Below, one piece after another: positions 46,216 through 62,631 of a stretch of 64,000 bases of DNA; position 1 is the first letter of the stretch, and each line of letters begins with the position of its first letter. Made by a program: the position numbers and the translations under genes. The stretch lies in NCBI RefSeq assembly GCF_009914755.1, contig NC_060940.1. One strand, written 5' to 3'. Origin of the DNA: the human T2T-CHM13v2.0 reference genome, Homo sapiens. Below the pieces are notes generated by a model that saw nothing but the letters and a program-made list of their open reading frames with translations, ran no database searches and was not told where the DNA came from.

Positions 46216-46929
46216 GCCTTTTTAACAGCAGCTGATGCTGCTGGTTGGAGAGTCTCACTTTGAGAAGCACATATACCTTGCTTCTCCAGGTTTTTTTGTT
46301 TGGTTGCTTGGTTTTATTTTTATTTATTTTTTTCTTTTTTTTGCTGTGAATAACCCCTTCTTCCCATAGCAAGGAAAAGAATGAAACCTGTGGATAAATT
46401 ATGTGGACTGACCAAACCACCTTGAGGAAAATAAAATTACCTGGAGGAAAGGGAAAGCACCTGATGAGGGATCACTTCTGGTTACAGATTTAAGCTCCCT
46501 CATTGTGTGATTCAGTATGAGTTACCTAATGGCTAATCACAATTATCATGCCACAGAGTAACTAAGGAATACCCACTTTGTCGAATGTTGGTAATTTAGA
46601 GACAGTACGAAAAACACCAAGCACAGTTCCTGGCACGAAAGAGGTATTTAATCATTGCTCACCGGTTCAGTCCCACTTGACTGATAGGAAAACAGTCTGT
46701 TCTACATAAAACAAGATATTTGCTATACGAGTCTTCACCTTATGATATTGTCTCTTTTTGTTCCACTCTGGATTCAAAGGGACCTAGAATTTGCTGTGTT
46801 TACTAATAAATCACCAGCTTCTCATATTAACCTTTCCTAATGATGCATCCGCAGAGAAAACCCCACTGCCTCTTGGTGAGAAAATCAACATTTCTATAGA
46901 CTTAACCACAATGGAGTCCCTAATGTTTT

Positions 46930-47246
46930 TCGGTTGTTTAATTGATTGGTTGGTTGTTTTTTGGAAACAGAGTCTCACTTCGTTGCCCAGGCTGAAGTGC
47001 AATGGCATGATCCCGGCTTACTGCATCCTCCGCCTTCCCGGTTCAAGTGATTCTCTTGTCTCAGCCTCCTGAGTAGCTGGGATTACAGGCGTGCACCAAC
47101 AAGCCCAGCTAATTCTGTATGTTTAGTGGAGATGGAGTTTCACCATATTAGCCAGGGTGATCTCAAACACCTGACCTCAGGTGATCCACCCGCCTCAGTC
47201 TCCCAGAGTGCTGGGATTGCAGGCGTGAGCCACCACACCCGGCCTG
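46930..47246 (-). mobile_element. AluS
   Basis: TSD ccctaatgttt. Confidence 0.95.
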
Positions 47247-47419
47247 GAACCCCTAATGTTTGTAACTCCCTACACAACCCTGCACATCCATGCCCTCCCT
47301 GCCTCCATGGAGAGCATGGCCAGGCTACAGACCGTGCAACGGCCCCAGGTCGCCATCTTTCTCTCCCAAGCTGTATCCTTTCTTTAAAGACGTCCCATTG
47401 ATTTTATCTGGCCTCTGAC

Positions 47420-49480
<2,061 letters not shown>

Positions 49481-49632
49481 TTTGAATAAGTTAATGCCAC
49501 TATTGCTTGTGGGACTGTGTCTGTCATTTTGTCTAATTAATGAGTTCCCTGAGGGTAGGAATTATGTTTGTTTCACCTTTTCGTACCAGGACAACAAGAA
49601 AATAGCAGAAAATCATAGGTGTGCAATAAATA

Positions 49633-50215
49633 TGAATGAGTGGATGAGTGGAATGGTAGATGGATGGGTGGATGGATGGATGAATGGATGGATGGATGAA
49701 TGGGTGGGTGGAGGGATGAATGGAGGGTAGATGAAGGAAGGAAAGATGGATGAATAGATGAGTGGATAGAGGATGGATAGATGGATGGATGGGTGGGTAG
49801 ATGAATGGGTGGATGGATGGATAGGTGGGTGGATGGATGGATGAGTAGACGGATGAATGGGAGAAGGATGCAGGATAGATGGATGATTGGATAGATGGGG
49901 ATGGCTGGGTGGATAGCTGGATGGATGAATGGATAAAAAGATGAATTTGGGTGGATGGGCGAGTGTGTAGGTGATTGATGGATAGAGGGTGGATGAAGGA
50001 TGGATGGTTGGATGGATGGATGGATGGATGGATGGATAGAGGAAGGGTGGGTGGGTCAATGAATGGATAGATGGGTGGATGGATAGGGGAAGGATGCAGG
50101 ATGAATGGATGATTAGATCAATGGGCATGGCTGTTTGGGTGGATGGATGGGTAGAGGACCAATGAATGAATGGAGAGGAGATGAATGGATGGATGGTTGG
50201 ATGGTTGGAAGGATA
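49633..50215. repeat. Degenerate (GGAT/GAAT)n tract
   Basis: ~580 bp; explains HPS-rich ORF 49613-50128. Confidence 0.97.
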
Positions 50216-50629
50216 AAAAATAGATCCTGATAATTTGTGTTGAAGTGAGACATATCTGACTATCCTAAATTTTGAATGGGAGAGATATTAAAGGCAGTCT
50301 CTGCTGATGTGAACAATTGTATGGAGGGCAGATTATTTTATGAGCTATCAGTTCCTCTTTGCTGTGACCTCTGATCCATAGCCTTTGCCTACATTCCACA
50401 TCTGCATGTAATAAAACTTACTTATGAGATACATATGTCTCTAATGCAAACACCGCAGTATGTACCTTTAAAAAGCACTATAAAGAGCAATGACTCGAGG
50501 AAGAAGTATTAGGAGCATGAGCTCTTTATTATTTTAAAGGGCATTTCAACAACACCACTGAATGTTCTCTGACCATAAGTCTGACTCCTGTTCTTTCTCT
50601 CACTTTCCTTTCTTTTCTTCTCTTCTCAG

Positions 50630-50677
50630 GATATCAAAGCAGACTGCAATACCTGCGTGGAAATAGAAGACAGAAAG
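50630..50677 (+). other. RBFOX1: 48-nt internal exon; 5'UTR in the MNCEREQLR-start isoform, in-frame DIKADCNTCVEIEDRK if an upstream start is used
   Basis: Seen: CTGAC branch candidates (50569, 50581), ~40-nt pyrimidine tract, CAG|GATATCAAAGCAGACTGCAATACCTGCGTGGAAATAGAAGACAGAAAG|GTGAGT, length 48, frame 0 open. Recalled: matches RBFOX1 c.-63 to c.-16. Confidence 0.9.
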
Positions 50678-51119
50678 GTGAGTCAATATTTTTCATTTTT
50701 AGGGTTGCAAACAAAACAAGAACTCTGTGAATTGAACCCAGGTGTTTAAGGCATGCCCCTCTCGATGATGGTTTGTAGGTGATTCACGGTCTATGACATA
50801 TTTAAAGACAATCAGACTTAAAAATGCTTGTCATTTTACTCCTTTACAATCTGTGTTACTTCTGATGGCTTCATGAGGAGTGCATATTGTAATTTTTTAC
50901 AAAAAATGTGGTGCTGATTTGTTTCAGTCATACCCTTCTTTTCAGGAAAATACTTTAACACTTGTCACATTGAACTTGAATATTGATGTTGACGTTCATT
51001 GTGTGTATCATATGTATAATTATTAATTATATTATTACTTACATTATAGAATATATAATATTAGGCTTCCCAGGGTGTGTCCCTATATATCTGACTCATA
51101 CACTTGAAAAAGAGCTCAC

Positions 51120-51454
<335 letters not shown>

Positions 51455-52619
51455 TCAACACATTCATATGAGCAACAGCGTCCTATCTGAGATTAAGGGG
51501 GTAGGGGGCAATGCCATTTTCTACATATTTAGAGTCCCCTCACCCATTTATCTTCTTTGCTACACTTAATGTGAATCCCCTCAGGAAAAGCAACCGTTAG
51601 ACAATTGTTTGTTAATATTTTCACAGTCTCTTTTTATTGACAAGAGTTCACAGACATTTCTGCAGCAAAGCACATCCAAGAAGATCAGATTTTATCCTGT
51701 GTATGCCTTGGATCCAAAGAGGTCAAATAAGCAAGTTAAGAGTACATACCTCCTGGCTACTTTTGACATCGTTCCACAAGTTTGAAAGATGTTTCTCCTT
51801 TCAAGTGTACCATTATTGTCAAATGGGTTATTATTTCAAGCAGAGGTTTTCAGCTCTGATTGTATCATGACTGGGGCATGTCTGCTGATTAATAAGGTGG
51901 TGGAGGACTTCTCAAAACAAAAATTTGCTTTTAAATAAAAAGCAGTTGCCACACATTATTTTAGGGAGTGTTAATCTCCTCACATTGGGAAGAATAATGA
52001 TACAGTAAGTTCAATTCAATCTGCGTGATCCCAGCTTGCAGTTTTGTGTTGCTCTAGTTTGCTGGCAAAGGAATTTCAATTCATGTTTGCATTCATCATG
52101 TGTTTGCATGCTGGTATATGCATGTGTGCATTTAGTGAGTTGGACAGATGGAATTGCTGCTTAGGTGAAGCGTGTGTCCAAAGTCTTCTACCAATGTTCT
52201 GCCCAGCCGAATCATTCCGCTCATGTCAGAGTGTTTAGAAAGCATGTTCCCCAACCTGCTTCCAAAGGTCATTGGCATTTCTCTTGGACTTTTATGGAAT
52301 TCATCAGCATGTTTTGTCCGGTATCTTTTTTAAAAATTTAATTGCCAATAGTGCTTGAAAGATAACATAGGAACTGATGCTGTTAGAACAACCTGAGCTC
52401 CATCACGCACAAGGTAAATAAGCAGGCAGGGTAAGCTCTGGGCAAGGAGAGTCACCCAAGCTCCACTCCACCTATGTGAACTGCCTTTGGTTAAGACATC
52501 ATGATGATGGCAACTGCCCTGGTTTCTGGCTACTCTGTGATGCATCTTGGTGGGAAAAAGTCATTAATGGTCATACTGTGCATATGTGATTTCAGCTCTT
52601 CTCAAGAAAGGGGAAAATA

Positions 52620-52620
<1 letters not shown>

Positions 52621-52654
<34 letters not shown>
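52621..52654. repeat. (AC)17
   Basis: Direct count. Confidence 0.97.
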
Positions 52655-52656
<2 letters not shown>

Positions 52657-52896
52657 CTAGTTTTTTCATAAATTGTTGGATTGAGTCAATAATGTCAAAT
52701 GAAGCCTTGTTTCTGATGAGTTTTCCCATTTTTTTCTAAACTTGACCTCATATGACTGATAGATAAATTTCTAAACAATTTGTTGCAGTTAATTGGTGAT
52801 GCATCTTAGTGATAAGAAAAAATAATGCCCAGTTAAAATTCTCAGTGTCTTACTCTCTAAGGACTTTTTTTAAAAAAGAGTCTTTTAAACAAGGTA

Positions 52897-53307
52897 ACTC
52901 CTCTCCTCTCCTCTCCTCCCCTCAACTCTCCTCTCCTCCCCTCTCCTCTCCTCCCCTCTCCTCCCCTTTCCTCTCCTCCCCTTTCCTCTCCTCTCCTCCC
53001 CTTTCCTCTCCTCTCCTCCCCTTTCCTCTCCTCTCCTCCCCTTTCCTCTCCTCTCCTCCCCTTTCCTCTCCTCTCCTCCCCTTTCCTCTCCTGTCCTCCC
53101 CTTTCCTCTCCTGTCCTCCCCTTTCCTCTCCTCTCCTCCCCTTTCCTCTCCTCCCCTTTACTCTCCTCTCCTCCCCTCTCCTCTCCTCTCCTCTCCTCTT
53201 CTCTCCTCTTCTCTCCTCTTTTCCTCCTTCCCTTTTTCTCTCCTCCTTTCCTTCCCACTTTCTCGTCTTCCTTCCTCCCTCCTTCCTTCCTTCTTTTTCC
53301 TTCCTTC
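52897..53307. repeat. CT-rich tract with 20-bp minisatellite (ctttcctctcctctcctccc)n
   Basis: 8 near-perfect units at 52981-53140. Confidence 0.97.
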
Positions 53308-54305
53308 AAATTCCCAGTAATACAGTGAATCTTATACTCACGCTATAGTTTCTCTGTTTCTAACAATTGTTAAGAAGAGATTGGGAGTGAGGTTTTAGGA
53401 GCTTGCTTTATATATGGGAGACATTTCTCTTAATTGAACAGTCAAGAAGCAAACGCTAATGATCCCTGAGGGGCGGCGTGCCCCTCAACCCAGCAGAACA
53501 GCTCCATCCCCCTCCCTCTCTGCTTGGTGATATGGTGTGAGGCCACACAGGGAGCCATTGGCTGTGGCAGCCAGAGTGATTGCCGTCAGGTTCTGGGAGT
53601 GCACTCTGGTGCCTCTGCCACACTGATGGGTTGTTTAGGAAATTTTACCACTGGAGTGATGACAGTTGCTCACGCACGTGTGTGTGTGCATGTCCCTCTC
53701 CATTTAACCCAAATGCTTCTGGCAAAATCAGTAATTTGATAAAGTGGAATTGAAGTGACAAGAGATGGCAGAGGTGCCAAAATAATAAGTAAACCTGTCT
53801 CTGAAGCGGCAGCCTCTTGGCCTATGTGGATTTTTACGACTGTTGAGAGCTCTGAAAGAGAACTGGTGGTGCTTTCTTTAAAGCTCTTTTTATTTTATTT
53901 TATTTTATTTTACTTTAGTTAAGGGAGCTTCACAGAACCCCTATAGGATGTGATGGCTTCTCAAGAATCACTTTATTTTTTATTATTTTTTATTTTTCTT
54001 TCACCTCCCCTGGCTTTCTGTCTACTTCGTTTCCAGATATTCCACATATATGGATATATTTGTGTACCTCGATTTATAGCTATGTATATTGTTGAATATC
54101 TTCTTGATAGAAGAATTTTAGAAAAGACAAAACCTTAGGTTTTCCATGGAGTCCTACGGGGCCTCTCCAAATTGTGCCTCATTCCCATTCTCTTCCTTTC
54201 AATGGGGCCGATTATCTTGAGATGAATGATTTTCCCACTGAATCTTAGACCACATATCATGATAGAAGATAAACTGTGAATTTCAACAGTGGAAGAGAGC
54301 CTTCA

Positions 54306-54569
<264 letters not shown>

Positions 54570-56020
54570 GAGAGCCCTCATCTTGTTGTAGAGCAATAAA
54601 ATCATTCTTCTTTATCTGCGCACAGTCTGGGCTCGATCTGAGACTCTTCATAGAATAAAAGAATTTTTATCCTCTCCTGTTTTTCTATTTTTCTTTATCC
54701 CAGAAGCCTATTTTCTCTCAGGCTGACAGGAAACTAATTGCCATTTGGAAAACCTTGCCTGGCTGTTTATGGGGAAATTCATAATGTGTATTGGAGTGTG
54801 GCTTTATGTTTTTCTTTCGCTTCCAAGCCCGCCAATTAGCAGAGCCCCTATGAATGTACCTGCTTGGATGGTTCCTGGCCATTGCTTAAACTCTCTCAGA
54901 GGGTGTCCTAGGGAGATCCTAAGGGATGGTGGAGTTTTTCACCCTTTAATAGGAAGCAGGAGCACAGGTTTTTTGTTTTTTTGTTTTTTTGTTTTTTTGT
55001 TTTTTTTGTTTTTTTTTTTCCTCCTGCAGGTGAACGTTGTGGAGCTAATGCAGATTTAGCAAAGGTGACGGGAGGTAACCCATCACTTGGAGCGGCTGTA
55101 TGGCCTCACAAAACCCGATGTGTTTGACATTTACAGTACCTGTGTTTCTGCTGGGGCACTGAAGCATTTAAATTCATTTTTATTTGTGGTGTAAAATCCA
55201 CCTGAATTTCAATACTATTATAAAGACTGAGATTCAGGTGATGAGAGGAGAGGCTGATGGATCAGTCAGGGGGAGAATCTGTCAAGAGGAGACGAGAGCC
55301 CATTTGTCAGAGGTTATAAACACAGACAGGGCTTCCTCTTCTCACTTATCGCCTGGCCTGGTGCAGCTAAACAGTTTCAGATCTGCTATAAAATTGCATG
55401 AAAGGAGTTTGAGTGGTTTTCCAAGTTATGGCGACTTTCAGATTGGGTCCAATTGAAGGTGCGATTGGGAGATAGCTTTCGTGCTGTGGTTAACACTGAG
55501 AGTTCTGAACTCATCTTTTTACAATACTTCTTCCAGATCAGGTATCTTAAGTACCGCCGAATACTTAAAACAGTTGTGGCGTGGAAGTACCATCATTTTC
55601 CCTGTTTTACAGGTAAAATAAAGGAAGCTCAGGCACATTTAAGTGACTTGCCTGAGATCACTCAAGCATGAGACCAGGATTTAAGCTCAGAGATTCTTAC
55701 TCCAGAGTCTGTCCTCTTAGTTTCAATACTACCCTGCTTGCGGTTTTCAATATGGGGCAGGCTTTCAGCTCCCACATTGCAGCTCTAGCTGGTTCACAGT
55801 GAGGATTCTTCACAGTGTTTACAAGCCTGCCCTTCCGGGAAGTAGTTGGCACCCAACAATGGGGTGGTCAGATGTCTTCTGGCTTTGAGGGTGAGGGACA
55901 GTAGCACTGGAACTGGAGTGCTGACCTCAGTTTCCAAAGACCTGATTCGGTTCCTAGGTTTGGCAATTTCAGCAGAGTAGATACACGGGCTAGAAATTAT
56001 TGCTTAAAGAGTATTAGGGA

Positions 56021-56313
<293 letters not shown>

Positions 56314-56332
56314 GCAAGAAATTCTTGCTTAA

Positions 56333-56485
56333 AGAGTATTACGGAAAATAGCTAATGCATGCTGGGCTTAATACCTTGGTGATGGATTGATAGGTGCAGC
56401 CAACCACTATGACACACGATTACTTATATAACAAACCTGCACATCCCGCACATGTACCCCAGAACTAAAAATAAACATAAAAAAG
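56333..56485 (+). mobile_element. L1PA extreme 3' end
   Basis: aaatagctaatgcatgctgggcttaatacc...aaacctgcacatcc...cccagaact. Confidence 0.9.
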
Positions 56486-57884
56486 TAATTCTTGCATAGG
56501 TAATGGTTAGTAGCTCAGACAAATTAAGTCACTTGCCCAAGATTATTCAGGACGTATCATGAGGCCACGATTTGAGCTCAGAGATTCTTACTCCAGAGTC
56601 TGTACATAGCCTTTGGAGCTTGAAATGTCTGGGTTTCAATCCCAGCCCTCCCAAATAGCAACTCTGTGACCTTGAGAAGCTTTCTTACCCTGTATATATC
56701 TTCATCTGCTTATCTTTAAATTGGGAGTGATACAATCTGCTTGAAATATTGGCTTGAGAAATTCATAATACTGCAAATCATTTTATATAATACCTGGCAC
56801 AAAATAAGAACTGGATTAACTGTAGCTGCGGTTATTTTTATTTTTCTGGTATCCACACCTACAGGCCTACCATGTCATTTATAATTACATTTATTTTATC
56901 AAATGAGGCCCTGGAAAGTCTTAGGGGATCTCAGGGGAGTATGCAACCAATGGGACCTAGTAGGCCTTGGAAATATTTCACAAAGGAAGAGGATCCTTGG
57001 TGTAGGTCAGGAAATACAAATGCACCTGCCTGCCAAGTCCAGGTAGGAAATAATGAATTAATGAAGAGGCAGAGGAGTGATTGTCTTTAACGTGAAGTCC
57101 TATGTACTGCAGCGACCTGGAAGGTGATACCTTCATATCTTGGGAGCTGTTATTCAGCTAAATGTGGCCATGTGGAATATAGATTCAGTATTGCTGTTTT
57201 CTAAGCCAATCTGAATTTTCCTGTAATACCACTGCTTTTTTACTTACTATGAGCAATCCAAATGAAGCACACATGCAGAAAAGTTTCAAGAGACTTACAA
57301 GACTTGAGTGTTGAAAGCTAACTCTCAGTGGGTTAGAAAGAGCTCCCATGTGCCTAATTCCAGGCTCTGTCGGTCTATGAAAGGCCCTCCTGGCAGAGGG
57401 AACAGAATGGCGAGGACAAGACGGTGTAGAGAACATGGTATGTTTATGGCGAATGCAAGTCCAGTGTGTGTGTCTGAGATTGGCTAAAGGAGAGACTACA
57501 GCAGTGAGTAGGTAGCAGGTTATGGAGGGAATAGTTTATCAGGCCAATGCATTAGGGTTCTGTGTCAATCCTCTGTCCCCACAGAAGGCAAATCTTTACT
57601 GTATGGGGCCAGAGTTACACAGCACCAAGAAGGTACTTAAACTAGTATGAAGAACCCAGCCAAAGTGAAAGTCAGCAGGGGAATAAGAACTGGGGTTGGA
57701 GCCCAGAGAAAGACCCAGAGACTGGCCCTGGGTGAATGCAGGAAGCTGAACACTTTGATTCGAGCAAGACGAAGTCAGCCAGGACCCTGAGAAATCACAG
57801 GGCTGGGTTGCCCCTTCCTTGTGATGTGTGACAGAATGAACATGGGAATGCAACTGTCTCTTTGAAATGTTGATTTAGCGGCGG

Positions 57885-58490
57885 GATGCCTGGATTATTT
57901 GGTAGTTCAACTTCTAATTTTTTGAAGGACCTCTATACTGTTGTGCATAATGGCTATAAGGATATATGAGAGTATCCATTTTAACATCATGGGAGTTCTA
58001 CAATGGAATATTATTTAGCCATTGAAACGAAGGGAAATCCTGCCATGTGCAACAAGATAGATGAACCTAGAGGACATTAGGTGAAGTGAAGTAAGCCACA
58101 CACAGAAAGGCAAATACTACATGAGCTCACTTTTACCTGGAATCTAAGAAAGTGAAACTCAAAGAAGCAGAGAGTAGGATGGTGGTTGCCGAGGGCTGGG
58201 GGGGGGTGAAAAAAAGGGAGGATCTTGGTCAAAGGATACAAACCCTCATCATCAGATTAAGTTATAGATAACTAATGTACAGCACAGTGATGAGAGTTTA
58301 ATTAATGTGTTTTAGACTTGAAATGCGGTAAGAGAGTAGATCTCAACTGTTCTCACACACACACAAGTCTGTGAGATGATGGATATGTTAATTAGCTTGG
58401 TAGTAGTAATCATTTCATGATATACACATGTATCAAAAGGTCACATTGTATCTGTTAAATATATGCAATTTTTGTTTTTCAGTTTTATCT
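57885..58490 (+). mobile_element. L1MA-type 3' end with short inverted 5' segment (~57885-57956)
   Basis: Sense 3'UTR from tacaatggaatattat; antisense piece ggtagttc...ttttttgaaggacctc. Confidence 0.8.
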
Positions 58491-61400
58491 CAATACAGTT
58501 AGGGAGAAAAATAGAGATGTGGAATAGAAGAGGAACACATTTTCCTGCAGGCCGGTATTGTACAAGTGTTGAAACACTTAGATTAGATTTCAGGTGGCAA
58601 ATGAGGTACCTTCAGGCAGTTCATGGATATGGTATCAAATCACGTAGTAGGGAAGTTATTTCCTTGTCAACTATTTCTCAGACCTTGAGACTACATCAAA
58701 GACATAATTTGGTGGTTGGTTAAAAAAAAAAGAAAAAAAACCTAAAAGACTCAAACATTTGATCATCTACCTTTTTGACCAAGAGACCCAGAGCCCCTGA
58801 CAGGCAATTCTGGCATCTGGCTATAACCGAATGACAGTGTTTTACTTTTGCATTAGAGTTACTTTCTACATATGACAAAAAAAATACTGTTCTTTCTGCT
58901 CTTTCTGTTTACTTCAACGAGCTATTTCTTTTCTTTAAAACAAATACTCCCATAGACTCGTAAAACATTTATTGAGAACAGAAACAATTTAAAGAAAAGC
59001 ACATGGATGTGTAAAAATTGTGAGTATGGATCGCACATAACTGAAGTGTAGGAAACACTGTTTTCTACTGGTGGGTTTGCATTCAGGGGAGAGTTTCTTG
59101 TTTGCATTTTGTAAGTTTCAAACTCTCCTTGTGTGCAGGAGGGAACCAGAAGTGGGCAGGGATGGATACAGGAGTACAGGGTGGAAGGCAGACTGGAGGA
59201 TGGGTCTGAACTAGAGCCATGTAGGAGATGGGGAGGAGGAAGGTTTGCATTTTCAAGAGACTGGATAAGTCCTATCCACATGACTTACTGACAATGGATG
59301 GGTGTCATGAATGTCTCCACCCAGGAACTTGTCACAGACGGCTCAGCTTAAGTATTTGTATATAGTTTGCTGCCGTGAGGAAGAAGAAAGGAGTTGATCA
59401 ACACTGACAATGGATTGATCTCCTGGTTTAGGGCTTATATGCCAGTGAGGTTGCATATGAGCATGACATAGCCAGCAGGATTTGTTTCTATTAGTGCCAG
59501 TCTCTTGCCCCTGGGAGTAGGAGTGGACTAGATCTGTGCACTTCTGATAGCAGAACAAAGACATGGGAGAAGGTTCACTCCTTCCTGGAAGGGCCTCTTT
59601 CTAGAATGGGGAGTATTCATGAAGGAGTTTCCCTTCAAAGACCAAAGCGAAGATACTTAAGGCACATAAGGGCAGAGGCTGCTGTGAGCGCCCATCTGGA
59701 TGAGACTCACAGAGTCCCCTGGGGATTGGATTTCTTTTCTGTTTCCAATGTCCTTTGTTTAAGGCCGTTAGGCATATACATTAAAATGGAAGAAGCTCCA
59801 AAATTCCTGGAATCTTTGGAAATGAAAATTAGAGCATCCCTGAGAAAGGGTATTTAAGTTTGAGTCTGAAGGGAGATGGGGTGGAGAGCATCCTGGGCCA
59901 GGTGCAGAGGAGGGAGTCTGGAGGTTGAGCATGGCATGACTAAGGAACTGAATACACGTCAGTGTAGCTGGGGCTCAGGCAGCAGTGGGAAAAGTGGCTA
60001 GAGATAAAGCTCAAAGCAGGCAAAGGCTAATCCACCTGAAACCTTTTGACCAGGAAGAGTATTATGTCCTTTAATATAGAATGAAATCTGTGTCACATGG
60101 ACTGTGATATCACCATGAGAAATGGTCAGGTGTGTAAAGACAGTTTCTTTGTCTTATAGAGTCTACTTGCTCATAGATCATGTTTATGTATGACCTTTCA
60201 GACTTCTGTCAGTTCCCTTCTGGTCCAGCCATCTCTAGCCAAGGAATGGGACAAAGAGATCTAACACCAGCAAAGCTTTTTGCTGTGTCGCTTGGCTTTT
60301 CTGTTCATTCTGCATTTTACATCCTATGCAAATTCCCTAAAACTGTCAATCATCTTCAGATTAGTAACCCTCATTCCTCTTGGGCATGGCTCTCATTCCA
60401 AACTAATGCATAGCCACTAGCCAGCCTGTTGTTTAGGGCAACACCTCACCCCTGGTCCTACTATCTCTGGTCAAAGAAATGTGCGCGGTCATCTAGCGTC
60501 AGCAAATCATCTTGTATCTACAGATCTGCCTCAGCTCCTTTGCTCAGTAAGAACTTGTGGATGGGATCTTGGTAGGATGTGATACATATACCACAAGTAG
60601 ATCTCATTGTGTCCTTTTTCTCTGCTGAGAAGCAGGGCTGTGCGAGAGACAGCTGCGCATGTAGCCCACCACCAGTGAGATTCGACATCATTTTTACTGA
60701 GACTGGGGACCAGGCAATAGCAGAGATTATGAATCCAGTGTCTGAAATTGCGTGTTCAGAACCCACAGATAGGCAGGGATGGAAGTCAGTTCTGGAGATA
60801 CTCAGTTGGTGGAGATGGGTTGCTGCCAAGAAATCCTCAGCAGTTTTGTTCACTCCTCCTAATTTATTTCAAAAGGCAAGGTAGTACAGTTTTGCAGTCA
60901 AACGGATCTGGAGTTGAATCCCGGTTCTGCCCCTTCACCAGCTGGCAGACCTTGGAAAAGTCACATTCCTGTCTGTCCACAGCTGCATCGTCTATAAAAC
61001 AGGGACAGACATCGTTTGTAAATCATGCATCCCATGCACTGTTCTTGTGTGCCGCATTAGTCAGGGCATTTTCAATTGTCATAGAAAATGAAGTCAGACT
61101 AGCTTAAGGAGAAAAATAAGTGACAGTTATGAGTAAAGTGGGACTGTCTTCAGCATAGCTGGATGCTGGTACTTTAATTTCACCAGATGCTAAGGACGGC
61201 AACCACCAGCTGTATTAACTCCCACCTGTGGAGAAAAGGCGCTTCTTTTTCAGTGGCTTAGTACAGTTCCTGGATGTGGCTTAAGAGGTGTCACTTAGCT
61301 ATAAAGGGCGATGTCCCTCTTGTTTGTCTTCCCTCAGCCACCCCAGCAGTGGGATGGGGTCCAGCTAAATGACTTAAATGGACTAAAAAATGAGGGAGGG

Positions 61401-61728
<328 letters not shown>

Positions 61729-61938
61729 CTAATGAAACCTTGACTGATATTTTTTTTCCAGAAAGGAAAATAAATAATAATAATAATAGCAACTACCTTG
61801 CATTGAGGATTTACTACATGCCATAGACCATTTTTTAGTACTTTATGCATATTCTATTATTGAATCCTTAGAAAGATCCTTTAAGACAGATACAATATTT
61901 ATCCCCATGTTACAGATGAGAAAAATGAGGGAAAGAGG

Positions 61939-62296
61939 TGATATGGTTTGACCACGTCCCCACCCAAATCTCATCTTGAATTGGAGCTCCCATAATTCCC
62001 ACATGTTGTGAGAGGGACCTGGTAGGAGGTAATTGAATCATGGGTATGGTTTCCCCCACCCTGTTCTCATGGTAGTGAATAAGTCTCCCGAGATCTGATG
62101 GTTTTATAAGAGGAAACCCCTTTCGCTTGTTTTTCATTCTTTCTCTGCCACCATATAAAACGTGCCTTTTGCCTCCCATCATGGTTATGAGACCTGCCAG
62201 CCACATGGAACTGTGAGTCTATTAAACCTTTCTTTCTTTATAAATTATCCAGTCTCAGGTACATCTGTATCAGCAGCGTGAAAACAGACTAATACA
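61939..62296 (+). mobile_element. THE1 (MaLR) solo LTR inserted in a MIR
   Basis: TGATATGGTTTG...GACTAATACA, 358 bp, 5-bp TSD (a/g)gagg. Confidence 0.93.
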
Positions 62297-62320
62297 GGAG
62301 GAGTTGAAGAATGTGACTGA

Positions 62321-62631
<311 letters not shown>

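Noticed and set aside
49613-50128. 171-aa His/Pro/Ser-rich ORF
   Set aside because: Translation of the (TCCA)n repeat.
52809-53348. Long S/P/L-rich and E/R/G-rich ORFs
   Set aside because: Artefacts of the CT minisatellite.
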